The translations under genes and the position numbers were made by a program. Positions 37,820 through 47,933 of a stretch of 64,000 bases of DNA are shown in pieces (the stretch's first letter is position 1; every line of letters begins with the position of its first letter). The notes beneath the pieces are model-generated. The model was not told the origin of the DNA, ran no database searches, and was given only the letters and a program-made list of their open reading frames with translations. Source of the stretch: Methanobacteriota archaeon (GTDB taxonomy: Archaea; Thermoplasmatota; Poseidoniia; Poseidoniales; Thalassarchaeaceae). The stretch spans positions 683 to 64,682 of the forward strand of contig JABIGF010000014.1 of NCBI GenBank assembly GCA_018650285.1, given 5' to 3'.

Positions 37820-38998
37820 ATGGCAGAGCCGGTCATCTGTGCAGTTGCTCGCACACCAGTTGGGCGCTATCGTGGTAGTTTACGAAATCACGCTGCAACT
37901 GATCTTGGCGCATTAGCAGTCGCGGAACTGCTAGATAGAGCCGGAATAGATGCTACATCAGGTATCGTTGACGAAGTTATTTTCGGACAGGTGCTACAAA
38001 CAGGTGCTGGACAGGCTCCTGCTCGCCAAGTTGCAATTGGCGCTGGACTACCACATTCCACCCCCTGTACTACAATCAACAAAGTATGCGGCTCAAGTCT
38101 GAAAGCGGTGATGATAGCCGCATCAGCAATTCGAGCCGGCGAATACGAAGTAGTAGTTGCTGGAGGAATGGAATCAATGACTAACGCCCCATTTTTCGGC
38201 CAAAAGACCGGACGCAATGAGTATAGCGAGATGCAGAGTGTAATGATTCACGATGGATTGTGGGATGTTTACAATGACGAACACATGGGTAATACTGGGG
38301 AAAAGGTCGCAAATGATTTTGAGATTTCAAGAGAGGATGCCGACAATTTTTCTGTTCGCTCACACAAATTAGCAGACCAAGCATGGGAGGCTGGTTGGCT
38401 AGAGTGGGAGGCTTTTCCTATTGAAGGGGTTGACAAAGATGGTAAGTCACACATCATTGTACGCGACGAAGGAATTCGTGCATCCACAGACATTCAAGGA
38501 CTAAGTGAATTGAAACCAGTCTTTACTACTGATGGGCAAGTTACAGCAGGAAATGCGAGTCAATTATCAGACGGTGCTTCTGCCGTACTAGTCACTAGTC
38601 GCGAACGTGCATTGAGTGAAGGTTGGGAGATTCTTGCAACAATTGTTGACCAAACCACTTCTGGACTTGCACCAGAAGATGTCATGGCAGCTCCTCTTCC
38701 TGCTGCTAGAACATTGATGGAGAGAAACCACTTGACAATTGATGACATTGATATTGTTGAGCACAATGAAGCCTTCGCAGCAGCCTCATGCACAATTGCA
38801 AAAGAATTGCAAATCCCTGATGAAAAATTCAACCCTCATGGTGGTGCAATATCTATTGGACACCCACTTGGTTCTACTGGGACTCGTTGCCTCATGACGC
38901 TAATCAGCGCACTACGAAGAACTGGTGGCAGCAAAGGAATTGTCACTATTTGCCTTGGCGGGGGTAATGCCGTAGCCATGCTTGTTCAGGCAGAATAA
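37820..38998 (+). CDS. Acetyl-CoA C-acyltransferase (thiolase, bacterial type)
   Basis: Motifs INKVCGSS, AGGMESM, NEAFAA, GHPLGSTG and CLGGGNA. Confidence 0.94.
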   Translation: MAEPVICAVARTPVGRYRGSLRNHAATDLGALAVAELLDRAGIDATSGIVDEVIFGQVLQTGAGQAPARQVAIGAGLPHSTPCTTINKVCGSSLKAVMIAASAIRAGEYEVVVAGGMESMTNAPFFGQKTGRNEYSEMQSVMIHDGLWDVYNDEHMGNTGEKVANDFEISREDADNFSVRSHKLADQAWEAGWLEWEAFPIEGVDKDGKSHIIVRDEGIRASTDIQGLSELKPVFTTDGQVTAGNASQLSDGASAVLVTSRERALSEGWEILATIVDQTTSGLAPEDVMAAPLPAARTLMERNHLTIDDIDIVEHNEAFAAASCTIAKELQIPDEKFNPHGGAISIGHPLGSTGTRCLMTLISALRRTGGSKGIVTICLGGGNAVAMLVQAE

Positions 38999-39087
38999 AT
39001 TCCATAATATCGTGAAGCATCCCATTGAATAAATCGGTAGGCAATGCTTCAATAATATGCAACCAAATAGGCCACAAAATATGATAC

Positions 39088-39342
39088 TCAATCTAGATGA
39101 GGGTCAACATCAATTGGGATGAGATGCTTCTCATATTCTAGAGTAGCAATCTTGAGTGGGTCAAGAACGAAACGAATGTTGGCTTCTTCAACGCCATAAA
39201 GTGAGACTAACTCCTCTCGGAAGTTAACTCGCAACTCTTCTTCGGTCGCATATAGTGGTGCGCCCATGCTGATTTGCAAAGCACGGGATCCAATGATTCT
39301 AGCCTTCTCAAAACGGGTGTGTGGTCTTCGTGGTTTTACCAT
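39088..39342 (-). CDS. rpoK: DNA-directed RNA polymerase subunit K (Rpo6)
   Basis: Signature TRFEKARIIGSRALQISMGAP and DPLKIA.LEY. AGGTGA SD precedes the ATG at 39342. Confidence 0.95.
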   Translation of the reverse strand: MVKPRRPHTRFEKARIIGSRALQISMGAPLYATEEELRVNFREELVSLYGVEEANIRFVLDPLKIATLEYEKHLIPIDVDPHLD

Positions 39343-39419
39343 TTCATTCACCTACAGACTATGTCTGTGTGTTGGGGGCGAGCGCCCCTCTCTCATAAGG
39401 CATTCGTAATTGCAAAAAT

Positions 39420-40397
39420 TTACTCTTCGCTATCGTTTTGTTCTGAATAGATTGTATTTACATTACTTGAGCGCCATAATATTGGAAGTGTATGACGCAT
39501 TGGAATAAGAGCAAGTATGACAATTATTGCTGTGAAAATTGCAATTGCTTGAGGTGAAAGTGTTCTACCTTGCACTGGATTGGTCCACGAATCCGGCAGA
39601 CCACTTGTCAATGGAATTTCAGAACCCGATTCAAGTTCCACTGCACCAGATATGCGAACAACCGCTGTTAATGTGAGGTTGTCTAACTCTGTTTGATTTA
39701 GAGAGAAGGTCGCCACATCATCTCCTGTCATGTTTGTCAATCCACCCCGCACAACTTGGTCAAGTGTTTGAATTGTGCCTGGCCAAAGTACCCCGTCTTG
39801 GCTGATTAAGAAATCAACTTGTACATCTATCATCGATGTCAAATTCCAGTTTATTGTAATGTTCTCTCCTGTCATCTGCCAAGAAAAGTCAAGGTTAGCA
39901 CCACCCGGTTTCGGGAGGTCATTTGCAGACAAATTTGTCAACAGTGATTGCAGGTCAGTCACCTGTTTATCCCCCAATAATAACCAATGCCCATCAACGA
40001 CTATTGTAGGGTATCCTCCAAGACGATAATCCTGATATAATTCGGCACTAGCATTTGTTACCAACTCATCAGGGCTATCAACTGATGAATGCAGAGATAG
40101 GGTCTCAACTGCCGTCCACCATCCTGTCAACTCATTGACTTCTTCTTCAGCAACGCGGCATGGACTGCACCATGTCGCAGTATAGAGTTCAACTAGATGA
40201 GGCGCTTGGGTAGCGCCACTCGAATTCCCAGTTCCATTTGAAATTGGCATCGTCATTACCATTACGACTTCACCAGCCGTAAAATTAGCCTCATGACTAT
40301 CAGCTAATGCAGGTGTAGCCAATGTGCCGACAGGAATTAGAGATGAGGCGCAGAGTAGAAGCGCGGCAAGCAAAATCACCACCCTATTGCTCGCCAT
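39420..40397 (-). CDS. Exported thioredoxin-fold protein with a C-terminal TM segment
   Basis: Signal peptide; VELYTATWCSPC (CxxC); cis-Pro motif GYPTIVVDG; C-terminal TM segment. Confidence 0.78.
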   Translation of the reverse strand: MASNRVVILLAALLLCASSLIPVGTLATPALADSHEANFTAGEVVMVMTMPISNGTGNSSGATQAPHLVELYTATWCSPCRVAEEEVNELTGWWTAVETLSLHSSVDSPDELVTNASAELYQDYRLGGYPTIVVDGHWLLLGDKQVTDLQSLLTNLSANDLPKPGGANLDFSWQMTGENITINWNLTSMIDVQVDFLISQDGVLWPGTIQTLDQVVRGGLTNMTGDDVATFSLNQTELDNLTLTAVVRISGAVELESGSEIPLTSGLPDSWTNPVQGRTLSPQAIAIFTAIIVILALIPMRHTLPILWRSSNVNTIYSEQNDSEE

Positions 40398-40449
40398 CCG
40401 AATTGGTCGCGGCCGTTTGTTGATATAGCGGCTACCGTAGCGGACTCAC

Positions 40450-41484
40450 ATGCAAAAGTGGTTGCGCACCCACCATATTCCACTATTGTTAGCCCTAATG
40501 GCACTCTCAGTTATTGTCGCCGGCGGTTTTGTCAGAATCAACGATGCCGGCGAATCGTGCCCCGATTGGCCAACCTGTTTTGGCACATTTGGATTCGATG
40601 TTAGCGAAGCAGACCAAGCAGCATGGTACGAATCAACTGAAGATTACGATTCACGCGGAATGGATCATCGCTACTCATCATTTGAAATCTTTACAGAATG
40701 GTTTCACCGATTACTCGCCACTGGCTCAGGCGCAGTGGTCATTGCTGGCCTTTTCATGGTCCATAAAAAACGTGACAAACTCTCAGATGAAAACTGGAGA
40801 GCAGCAATAATCGCCCTTGTTGTGGTAATCGCTCAAGGAGCGCTAGGGGCAATCACAGTAATGTTTGACAATGATTCATGGTCAGTAGTACTCCACCTAA
40901 TTTTCGCACTTGCATATACTGGATGGCTGCTTTATTGGTGGTTGATTTGGCTACGTGATGTTGATGAATTACCGAGTTGGGCCATTCTATCACAAACACA
41001 CTCTAGCGAGGAAAAAAAGAATTTTGGAATCTTTACTTTGGGTTCCCTTCCCGTTCTACTCCTTGGAGTATGGATTGCTACTGGTGAAGGTGGCATATAC
41101 AATCAAGGGTGCTCTGTAGGATGGTGGCAAGGCTGGCCATTATGTCAAGGGGAGGTTATCCCCGATATTATGGCTAACATGGCTGTACTAGCAGCATGGG
41201 TTCACCGCGTTGCAGTATTGCTAGTAGCAATCTGGCTTGTCAAGGGTTATCTTGACTTGAAGAAAAGATTAGATGGCTCTGCAAAATATCTACAACTTAT
41301 TTTCGGGCTAGCAACCATTGGTTTCCTATTGAATATCGCCGTTGGTGCTCTCTACGTCATACTTGCTGGAAGTGGTGAATTCCCTGAATGGCTATCACTC
41401 GTTCACCTCTCTCTAGGAAGTGATGTAATTCTATTATTTGGGCTAGGATATACACTCTGTCATCTCAATGATAATGATGAGTGA
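40450..41484 (+). CDS. ctaA: Heme A synthase (COX15/CtaA)
   Basis: CPDWPTC, EWFHR, QGALGAITV, a second Cys pair (C..WPLC), WVHR; four conserved His. Confidence 0.92.
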   Translation: MQKWLRTHHIPLLLALMALSVIVAGGFVRINDAGESCPDWPTCFGTFGFDVSEADQAAWYESTEDYDSRGMDHRYSSFEIFTEWFHRLLATGSGAVVIAGLFMVHKKRDKLSDENWRAAIIALVVVIAQGALGAITVMFDNDSWSVVLHLIFALAYTGWLLYWWLIWLRDVDELPSWAILSQTHSSEEKKNFGIFTLGSLPVLLLGVWIATGEGGIYNQGCSVGWWQGWPLCQGEVIPDIMANMAVLAAWVHRVAVLLVAIWLVKGYLDLKKRLDGSAKYLQLIFGLATIGFLLNIAVGALYVILAGSGEFPEWLSLVHLSLGSDVILLFGLGYTLCHLNDNDE

Positions 41485-41571
41485 ACTCTTCAAAAAAACC
41501 CTTGAAGTAATCATAGTGATTGATTCCAAGGTGCGATGGTTGATAGATGAGCGGCGTGCCGATGTGGATTA

Positions 41572-42702
41572 ATGGCCGAGGCGGCACCTGAGATAGATAG
41601 CAGCAGTATGCTTGGTGCTCTATTCGCATTGATGAAGCCTGTTGTCATTATTCTTCTACAAGTAACGGCGATATCAGCAGTATTGATTCACGACTTGATT
41701 GAATACCATCAAGGGGCAAGTTTTGACCTGATGGCTACTATCTGGACTAGTTTTGTTGTCTTTGTTGGTGGCTTCCTAACTGCTGGTGGAGCAAATTCAA
41801 TCAATATGTGGTATGATGCTGACATTGACCCACATATGGGCCGCACTGCTGAGCGTCCCGTCCCAGCTGGAAACGTAACGCCAAGAACTGCTCTATTATT
41901 CGGCATATTCCTCTCAATCATTGGCACCATCTGGCTCATTGAATTAGCAAACCCTGTCGCTGCATTTTGGGCCGCTTTTAGCATCGTTTTCTATGTCATT
42001 ATCTATACGATATGGCTGAAAAGAAGAACTAGTCAAAACATCGTCATTGGTGGAATTGCGGGGTCAACGCCTCCACTTGTTGGTTGGGCTGCAGCAAATG
42101 ATACTCTAACAATGGCAAGCCCGCTTGATTTTGGAGCAGTACTCGACCTTGGCGCTGCGCTGCCTTGGTTGATGTTCATGCTCATCTTCCTTTGGACACC
42201 ACCTCACTTCTGGGCTCTTGCACTATTCCGTGACAAAGAATATTCACAAGCAAAGGTTCCAATGCTACCAAATGTAAAGGGTGGCAAACACACTATTGCA
42301 GAAATGCGTGTCTATACTGCTCTCCTAATTGGCATCTCAGCGATGTTCATTGACCCAATAATGTGGGGCTTTCCACGCGCTGATGTATGGAGTACTGGAT
42401 GGGCAATATCCACTACCTACTTTGCTTGGGCATTATTGTTAGGGATTTGGTACAATCAATCTGTGCTCAATATTGATCTTCGAGAAACACGTGATGAGAA
42501 AGGGAAAATACCCTCAGCATTCAACTCATTCATGATTTCAATGAAATATCTAGCATTACTATTTGTGACTATGGTGATGTCTGTTGCAAACTTCTATGTA
42601 GGAATTATCATGCTTGCAATGGTCGCCCTTCGTGAAGTCTATATTCGTGTAAAAAAAGTTGAAGGAACGAACATGAATGCCGCTTCTTTGTCAACAGACT
42701 GA
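41572..42702 (+). CDS. ctaB: Protoheme IX farnesyltransferase (heme O synthase)
   Basis: Motifs N..YDADID..MGRT..RP, YTIWLKRRT.QNIVIGG and FLWTPPHFWALA. Confidence 0.95.
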   Translation: MAEAAPEIDSSSMLGALFALMKPVVIILLQVTAISAVLIHDLIEYHQGASFDLMATIWTSFVVFVGGFLTAGGANSINMWYDADIDPHMGRTAERPVPAGNVTPRTALLFGIFLSIIGTIWLIELANPVAAFWAAFSIVFYVIIYTIWLKRRTSQNIVIGGIAGSTPPLVGWAAANDTLTMASPLDFGAVLDLGAALPWLMFMLIFLWTPPHFWALALFRDKEYSQAKVPMLPNVKGGKHTIAEMRVYTALLIGISAMFIDPIMWGFPRADVWSTGWAISTTYFAWALLLGIWYNQSVLNIDLRETRDEKGKIPSAFNSFMISMKYLALLFVTMVMSVANFYVGIIMLAMVALREVYIRVKKVEGTNMNAASLSTD

Positions 42703-42778
42703 GTCGTTGAGTCTTTACACAAGGAGCACCTCTCAGCACCTGCGGGCGTAGCCGCCCAAACCACAATGGGGGATTCAA

Positions 42779-44032
42779 ATGAAGGAGAGTGACCTTGTCT
42801 ATGATTGGAATGTAGTGAACTATGATTTCAACCGTGATGCAACTAATCACCCTCACGGCGTTTGGTTTGATGATGAAACATTGCGTGACGGACTGCAAAG
42901 TCCTAGCGCACGTAATCCCACCATTGAGGAAAAAATTGAGTTACTCAACTACATGGAAAAACTTGGAATGCAAAAAGTGGATCTTGGTCTACCAGGCGCC
43001 GGTCCTTTCCATGTAGGTCACATTGATGCAATGCTATCTGAAATCAATGAAAATGGATTCCAAATCCGACCCGGATGTGCTGTCAGAACAGTTGTCGGTG
43101 ATATTGAACCGCTCGTTGATTTGCAAGCAAAACACGAAATGCAAATTCAAGCAAGTGCCTTCCTTGGCACTTCACCTATTCGCCAATATGCTGAAAATTG
43201 GACGATGGAACGAATACTTTCAACCGCTGAAAAAGCCGTAACTTTTGCTGTTGACAACGATATTCCAGTGATGTTTGTGACAGAAGATACTACCCGCTCA
43301 AAGCCTGATGAAATCAAACAAGTCTACACGCGAGCAATTGAATTGGGAGCCGATAGAATCTGTGTCTGCGATACCTGTGGTCACGTGACTCCAAACGGAG
43401 TAAAGCAACTATTGACTTTCATCCAAAATGAAGTGATTCCAGATGCTGGAGTGAAACGACGGGACATTGAGGTCAACTGGCATGGTCACCAAGACCGTGG
43501 TTTGGGTGTAGCCAACAATTTAGCCGCTGTTGAAGCAGGTGCCGATGTGATTCACGGTACTGCTCTAGGGGTTGGAGAACGGGCTGGTAATGCACCACTT
43601 GACCAAACCTTGGTCAATCTCAGTTTAATGGGTGTAATCAACAATGATTTGACTCTGCTCAATGAATACATGCGAAAAGCGCATGAATATGTTGAAGTCG
43701 CTTTACCACGTAATTATCCAGTATTTGGCGCTGATGCGTTTGAAACTGGAACTGGTGTTCACGCATCAGCCGTAATCAAGGCGATGAAAAAGGGCGACCA
43801 CTGGTTGGCTGACCGCGTATATTCTGGTGTACCAGCTGCTGATTTTGGACTTGAACAAGTAATTCGAATTGGCCATATGTCTGGGCGTTCAAATATCATT
43901 TATTGGTTAGAGAAAAACAATTACGAAGTTAGTGATGAACTAGTTGCTCATCTATTTGAAGTCGCAAAAAGTCAACGACGATTAATGGAAGACGGTGAGG
44001 TTCACACTGCTATTAAATCGTTTAACAACTAA
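42779..44032 (+). CDS. LeuA-family (DRE-TIM) acyl-CoA/2-oxoacid condensing enzyme, short form
   Basis: Motifs DETLRDGLQ, CDTCG, HGHQDRG, GVGERAGN and GHMSGRSN. No C-terminal LeuA regulatory domain. Confidence 0.85.
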   Translation: MKESDLVYDWNVVNYDFNRDATNHPHGVWFDDETLRDGLQSPSARNPTIEEKIELLNYMEKLGMQKVDLGLPGAGPFHVGHIDAMLSEINENGFQIRPGCAVRTVVGDIEPLVDLQAKHEMQIQASAFLGTSPIRQYAENWTMERILSTAEKAVTFAVDNDIPVMFVTEDTTRSKPDEIKQVYTRAIELGADRICVCDTCGHVTPNGVKQLLTFIQNEVIPDAGVKRRDIEVNWHGHQDRGLGVANNLAAVEAGADVIHGTALGVGERAGNAPLDQTLVNLSLMGVINNDLTLLNEYMRKAHEYVEVALPRNYPVFGADAFETGTGVHASAVIKAMKKGDHWLADRVYSGVPAADFGLEQVIRIGHMSGRSNIIYWLEKNNYEVSDELVAHLFEVAKSQRRLMEDGEVHTAIKSFNN

Positions 44033-44098
44033 CATTCAATTTGATAAATTGGTGAAGCATCTCTGTATCCCTGTGGGGGAAGTGCTAATTGGGACCTC

Positions 44099-47000
44099 GT
44101 GGCGCTTTGCACTATGAGGAGAGCGTTGGTTGCCGTAATGATGGTTCTATCCATTCTCGCACCTCTAACTAATGCTGATGTGCTAGAAACAAGTAAGATT
44201 ACTGAAACTGAAATTTCTGATGATTCTATCGTCAGTAGTTTTTCTCCCGCGGTAAGGGCTGCTTTTGCCCGAGTCAGTGATATCTCTCAGTATTCTGATG
44301 AAGAATTAGCCTCAGTTGAACAATGGGTCGTGGTAAGTACAACACCATTTGGAGAAGCCGCACCAAATCTTCCTAACACTTGGATTGTTGATGTTGATGG
44401 TGAACAAGCGGTCGCAAAGTTTGCTAGTTTACAATCAGACGGAGTTATTGAAGTCGCATATCCATTGGTGAAGTGGGAGGCTTCAAAAAAATTAATTCCT
44501 AATGATACCAAGTTTTCTGACCAATGGCATCTGCAAAATACTGGGCAAACCAGTGGAACTACTGGTGAAGATGTCAATATCACAGCAGTTTGGGACAATT
44601 ATACTGGATTTGGCACTGTTATCGGAATCGTTGATGATGGATTAGATTGGAATCATCCTGACCTTGATGACTACTATGAAAGCACTCTAGACTACGATTA
44701 CTGTGGCAACGATGGCGACCCATCCCCATCAAATTGGGATGGTCATGGCACTTCTGCTGCTGGCGTAGCCGCTGCAGTAGGGAACAACAGCATTGGAGTC
44801 TCAGGCGCTGCTCCTGAAGCAGGGCTTGCAGGAATACAACTAATCTCTTGTGGCCTTTCAGATACCAAAGAAGCGAATGCCATTACACACCTTCAACAAT
44901 CTATTGATATCTACTCAAATTCATGGGGGCCAAGTGACAATGGACACACATTAGAAGCACCTGGGCCACTAATGCTAGCGGGATTTGAATCAGATGCTTA
45001 CCAAGGTCGTTCAGGCCTAGGCAACATCATCACTTGGGCTGCAGGAAATGGACTCAACAATGATGACAACTCAAATTACGATGGTTATGCCAACAGCCGC
45101 TTCACCATCGCCGTTTCAGCAACCACTCATTACGGCGATAACTCGTGGTATTCTGAGCCTGGCGCAAACATCCTAGTCGCCGCTCCATCAGATGGAGATG
45201 GAGAGGGAATTACTACAACTGACATTGAAGGTTCAGGTGGCTACAACAATGGAGATTACAATGACAACTTTGGTGGCACATCGTCAGCAACGCCTCTTGT
45301 TTCAGGAGTTATTGCCCTCATGTTGGAAGCAAATCCAAACATTACTTGGAGAGATGTACAACACATTCTTGTCAACTCTGCTAGAGTAAATGATGCCAGC
45401 GATTGGTCATGGGAAGTAAACGGTGCTGGCCATGACACCAGCCAAAAATATGGCTTTGGTGTGATTGATGCTGGGGCAGCAATCCACTTGGCAAACAACT
45501 GGACAAATGTTGCAGCAGAAGCAAATGACACCAGTGGTGTTCAAACTGCCAACTTAGCAATTCCTGATGGGCCAAGTTCACCTGTCACCGAAACGTTTCA
45601 AATGACAACGGACCTGCAACTAGAATCTGTTGATGTCATAGTTGATATTGATCACAACAACCGCGGCGATTTAGAAATCAAATTGATTTCACCATCAGGA
45701 ACAGAATCTGTTCTAGCAGCTCAACACAATGATAATGGTAACGACTACAATAATTGGCTTTTCTCATCAGTACAATTTTGGGATGAAAGTAGTGTAGGAA
45801 ATTGGACATTAAGTCTTGATGATAGAAGTAGTGGCACAACAGGAACACTATACGACTGGGAACTCATTATCCATGGAGTTGAAATTAACCGCGATAGTGA
45901 TTTAGACGGACTTCTAGATGATGACGAAACTGCAAATTACTCTACAGACCCATACGACAACGATACTGACGATGATTTCCTAGACGACGGTTTGGAAGTA
46001 CTCAACTACTCTACAGACCCACTTAACCCAGACAGCGATGGTGATGGCTTGCTCGATGGTGTAGAAGTTTTCGTCAACGGAACTGACCCGCTAAACAGTG
46101 ATACTGATGGGGATGGAATGTCTGACGGTTTTGAAGTCAATACTGCCTTTTCAAATCCACTTGTCTATGACAATGACACCGATTCTGATGGATGGTATTG
46201 GTTCAATGATTGTAACGATAGTGACCCATTAATTCGGCCCGATATCAATGAATCATTGAACGGAATTGATGATGATTGTGACCTCTATATTGATGAGGGT
46301 TTCAACGCCACCGATAGCGATGTTGACCAACTCGTAGATTGGCAAGAATATCACATTTACGGCACAAATCGAACCCTTTGGGATACTGATGGAGACGGAC
46401 TTTCAGATGGAGATGAGGTGTTAAATCACGGTAGCAATCCACTAATTTTTGATAATGATTCGGACTTAGATGGATGGTATTGGTTTGATGATTGTGATGA
46501 TGAAAATTTCTCAATGAATCCTGGACAAGTTGAGTTACTTGATGGGCTTGACAACGATTGTGACGATGCAATTGACGAGGATTTCTATGGACAAGATAGT
46601 GATGGAGACGGACTATTTGACTTGGACGAATACAACCTGATAGGAACAGATCCATTTCACAATGATACCGACCGTGATGGCATTACTGATGGAGATGAGT
46701 TACTTATCACCCATACCGACCCTCTCTCCCCAGACTTAGATGAAGATGGTGATGGATTCCGCTGGTTCGATGACTGCGATGACAACAACTCTGCGCGCTC
46801 GCCTGACGTCAATGAAACTTGGAATTGGATTGATGATGACTGTGATGGGGAAATAGACAACGATGTCAACCGCTCCGCACATCTAGTATTGTACCCTAAA
46901 GGCAATGCGCAAGTCCTTGGCATCAATCCAACAAGTGGTGAAATCTCTCTCAATACCAACAATTCGGCATTTAGTTTAGATATTGAAAATTACAATGTTA

Positions 47001-47500
47001 ATTGGGAAATTTATGACTTAATTTCAAACGGTACAATCACTTGGACAATTACAGACAATGATGGCGCAACCACCCAATTAGATGGAGTTGAAACATACGC
47101 TGTAGAAGATGTTGATTGTAGTGAGCCGTTTGGCTATAATATACTAGAAAACAAAATTTGCCCACATCACAACACAACCATTGGACATTGGTCTATATTA
47201 CTACAAATAATCGATGGGGATGAGGTGTTAAGCTGGAGTTTTACCTACTCCTACTTTGTCTGGAACCCACCAATCGTTGACCCTAACGATGGCAACGGAG
47301 ATGGTTCACAAGATGGCACTAATGGAGGCGATAATGATGGAGGTTCTGGAGCCCTTAGCGGCGGACCTGTGATTCAATCTGAAATTGTGATTGGGCTTGC
47401 CGCACTGCTTGTTCTCTCTATTCTAGTGCTATTATTTATGCGAAGAAAGCCACCTGTTAGTCCGCCAAAATTGATTAAACCTGACTTCTATCAATTTTGA
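44099..47500 (+). CDS. Kexin/furin-like S8 serine protease with P domain, Ca-binding and MopE-like repeats and a C-terminal TM segment
   Basis: Catalytic triad IVDDG / HGTSAAG / GGTSSATP; oxyanion WAAGNG; TWRDVQH; P domain H..RGDL.I.LISPSGT; DCDD..P..E..NGIDDDCD repeats. Confidence 0.93.
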   Translation: MALCTMRRALVAVMMVLSILAPLTNADVLETSKITETEISDDSIVSSFSPAVRAAFARVSDISQYSDEELASVEQWVVVSTTPFGEAAPNLPNTWIVDVDGEQAVAKFASLQSDGVIEVAYPLVKWEASKKLIPNDTKFSDQWHLQNTGQTSGTTGEDVNITAVWDNYTGFGTVIGIVDDGLDWNHPDLDDYYESTLDYDYCGNDGDPSPSNWDGHGTSAAGVAAAVGNNSIGVSGAAPEAGLAGIQLISCGLSDTKEANAITHLQQSIDIYSNSWGPSDNGHTLEAPGPLMLAGFESDAYQGRSGLGNIITWAAGNGLNNDDNSNYDGYANSRFTIAVSATTHYGDNSWYSEPGANILVAAPSDGDGEGITTTDIEGSGGYNNGDYNDNFGGTSSATPLVSGVIALMLEANPNITWRDVQHILVNSARVNDASDWSWEVNGAGHDTSQKYGFGVIDAGAAIHLANNWTNVAAEANDTSGVQTANLAIPDGPSSPVTETFQMTTDLQLESVDVIVDIDHNNRGDLEIKLISPSGTESVLAAQHNDNGNDYNNWLFSSVQFWDESSVGNWTLSLDDRSSGTTGTLYDWELIIHGVEINRDSDLDGLLDDDETANYSTDPYDNDTDDDFLDDGLEVLNYSTDPLNPDSDGDGLLDGVEVFVNGTDPLNSDTDGDGMSDGFEVNTAFSNPLVYDNDTDSDGWYWFNDCNDSDPLIRPDINESLNGIDDDCDLYIDEGFNATDSDVDQLVDWQEYHIYGTNRTLWDTDGDGLSDGDEVLNHGSNPLIFDNDSDLDGWYWFDDCDDENFSMNPGQVELLDGLDNDCDDAIDEDFYGQDSDGDGLFDLDEYNLIGTDPFHNDTDRDGITDGDELLITHTDPLSPDLDEDGDGFRWFDDCDDNNSARSPDVNETWNWIDDDCDGEIDNDVNRSAHLVLYPKGNAQVLGINPTSGEISLNTNNSAFSLDIENYNVNWEIYDLISNGTITWTITDNDGATTQLDGVETYAVEDVDCSEPFGYNILENKICPHHNTTIGHWSILLQIIDGDEVLSWSFTYSYFVWNPPIVDPNDGNGDGSQDGTNGGDNDGGSGALSGGPVIQSEIVIGLAALLVLSILVLLFMRRKPPVSPPKLIKPDFYQF

Positions 47501-47517
47501 GATGATGCAAATATTTG

Positions 47518-47859
47518 TTACCAAATTATTGAGCCACCAAATATGACTGAAACGGCAAGACCACCTAACAAGACAATAACTCCTAATCCAGTAACTATCC
47601 AAGTGAGAAGATCTGTCAACTGATTTGCATGCGCTTGCTCACCGCTACTTGTATCAAGGCGGCGGTCACCCTTTGCGGCTCTCTTTGCTCTCGCAATATC
47701 CTCGTTAATTCCTGATGTGTCGGACTTTTTACGCAGTATCTCAAGCGAACTATCATTGATTATTTCGGCTTCCTTAGATTCCAACTTGGAACGCAATAAT
47801 GATTCATCGGCAGGAACCCAGCCATGCTCTTCCATGATATCTCTCCGCACCTTCGTCAC
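47518..47859 (-). CDS. Small protein with a C-terminal TM segment
   Basis: 113-aa ORF filling an intergenic gap, with a C-terminal hydrophobic helix. Confidence 0.6.
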   Translation of the reverse strand: MTKVRRDIMEEHGWVPADESLLRSKLESKEAEIINDSSLEILRKKSDTSGINEDIARAKRAAKGDRRLDTSSGEQAHANQLTDLLTWIVTGLGVIVLLGGLAVSVIFGGSIIW

Positions 47860-47933
47860 CCTTCAAAGTATTCAAGGCTCACGGAAAATTGCTTCAAAAT
47901 AAGTAACAATAATTGTGGCCGTCAATTGTGACT

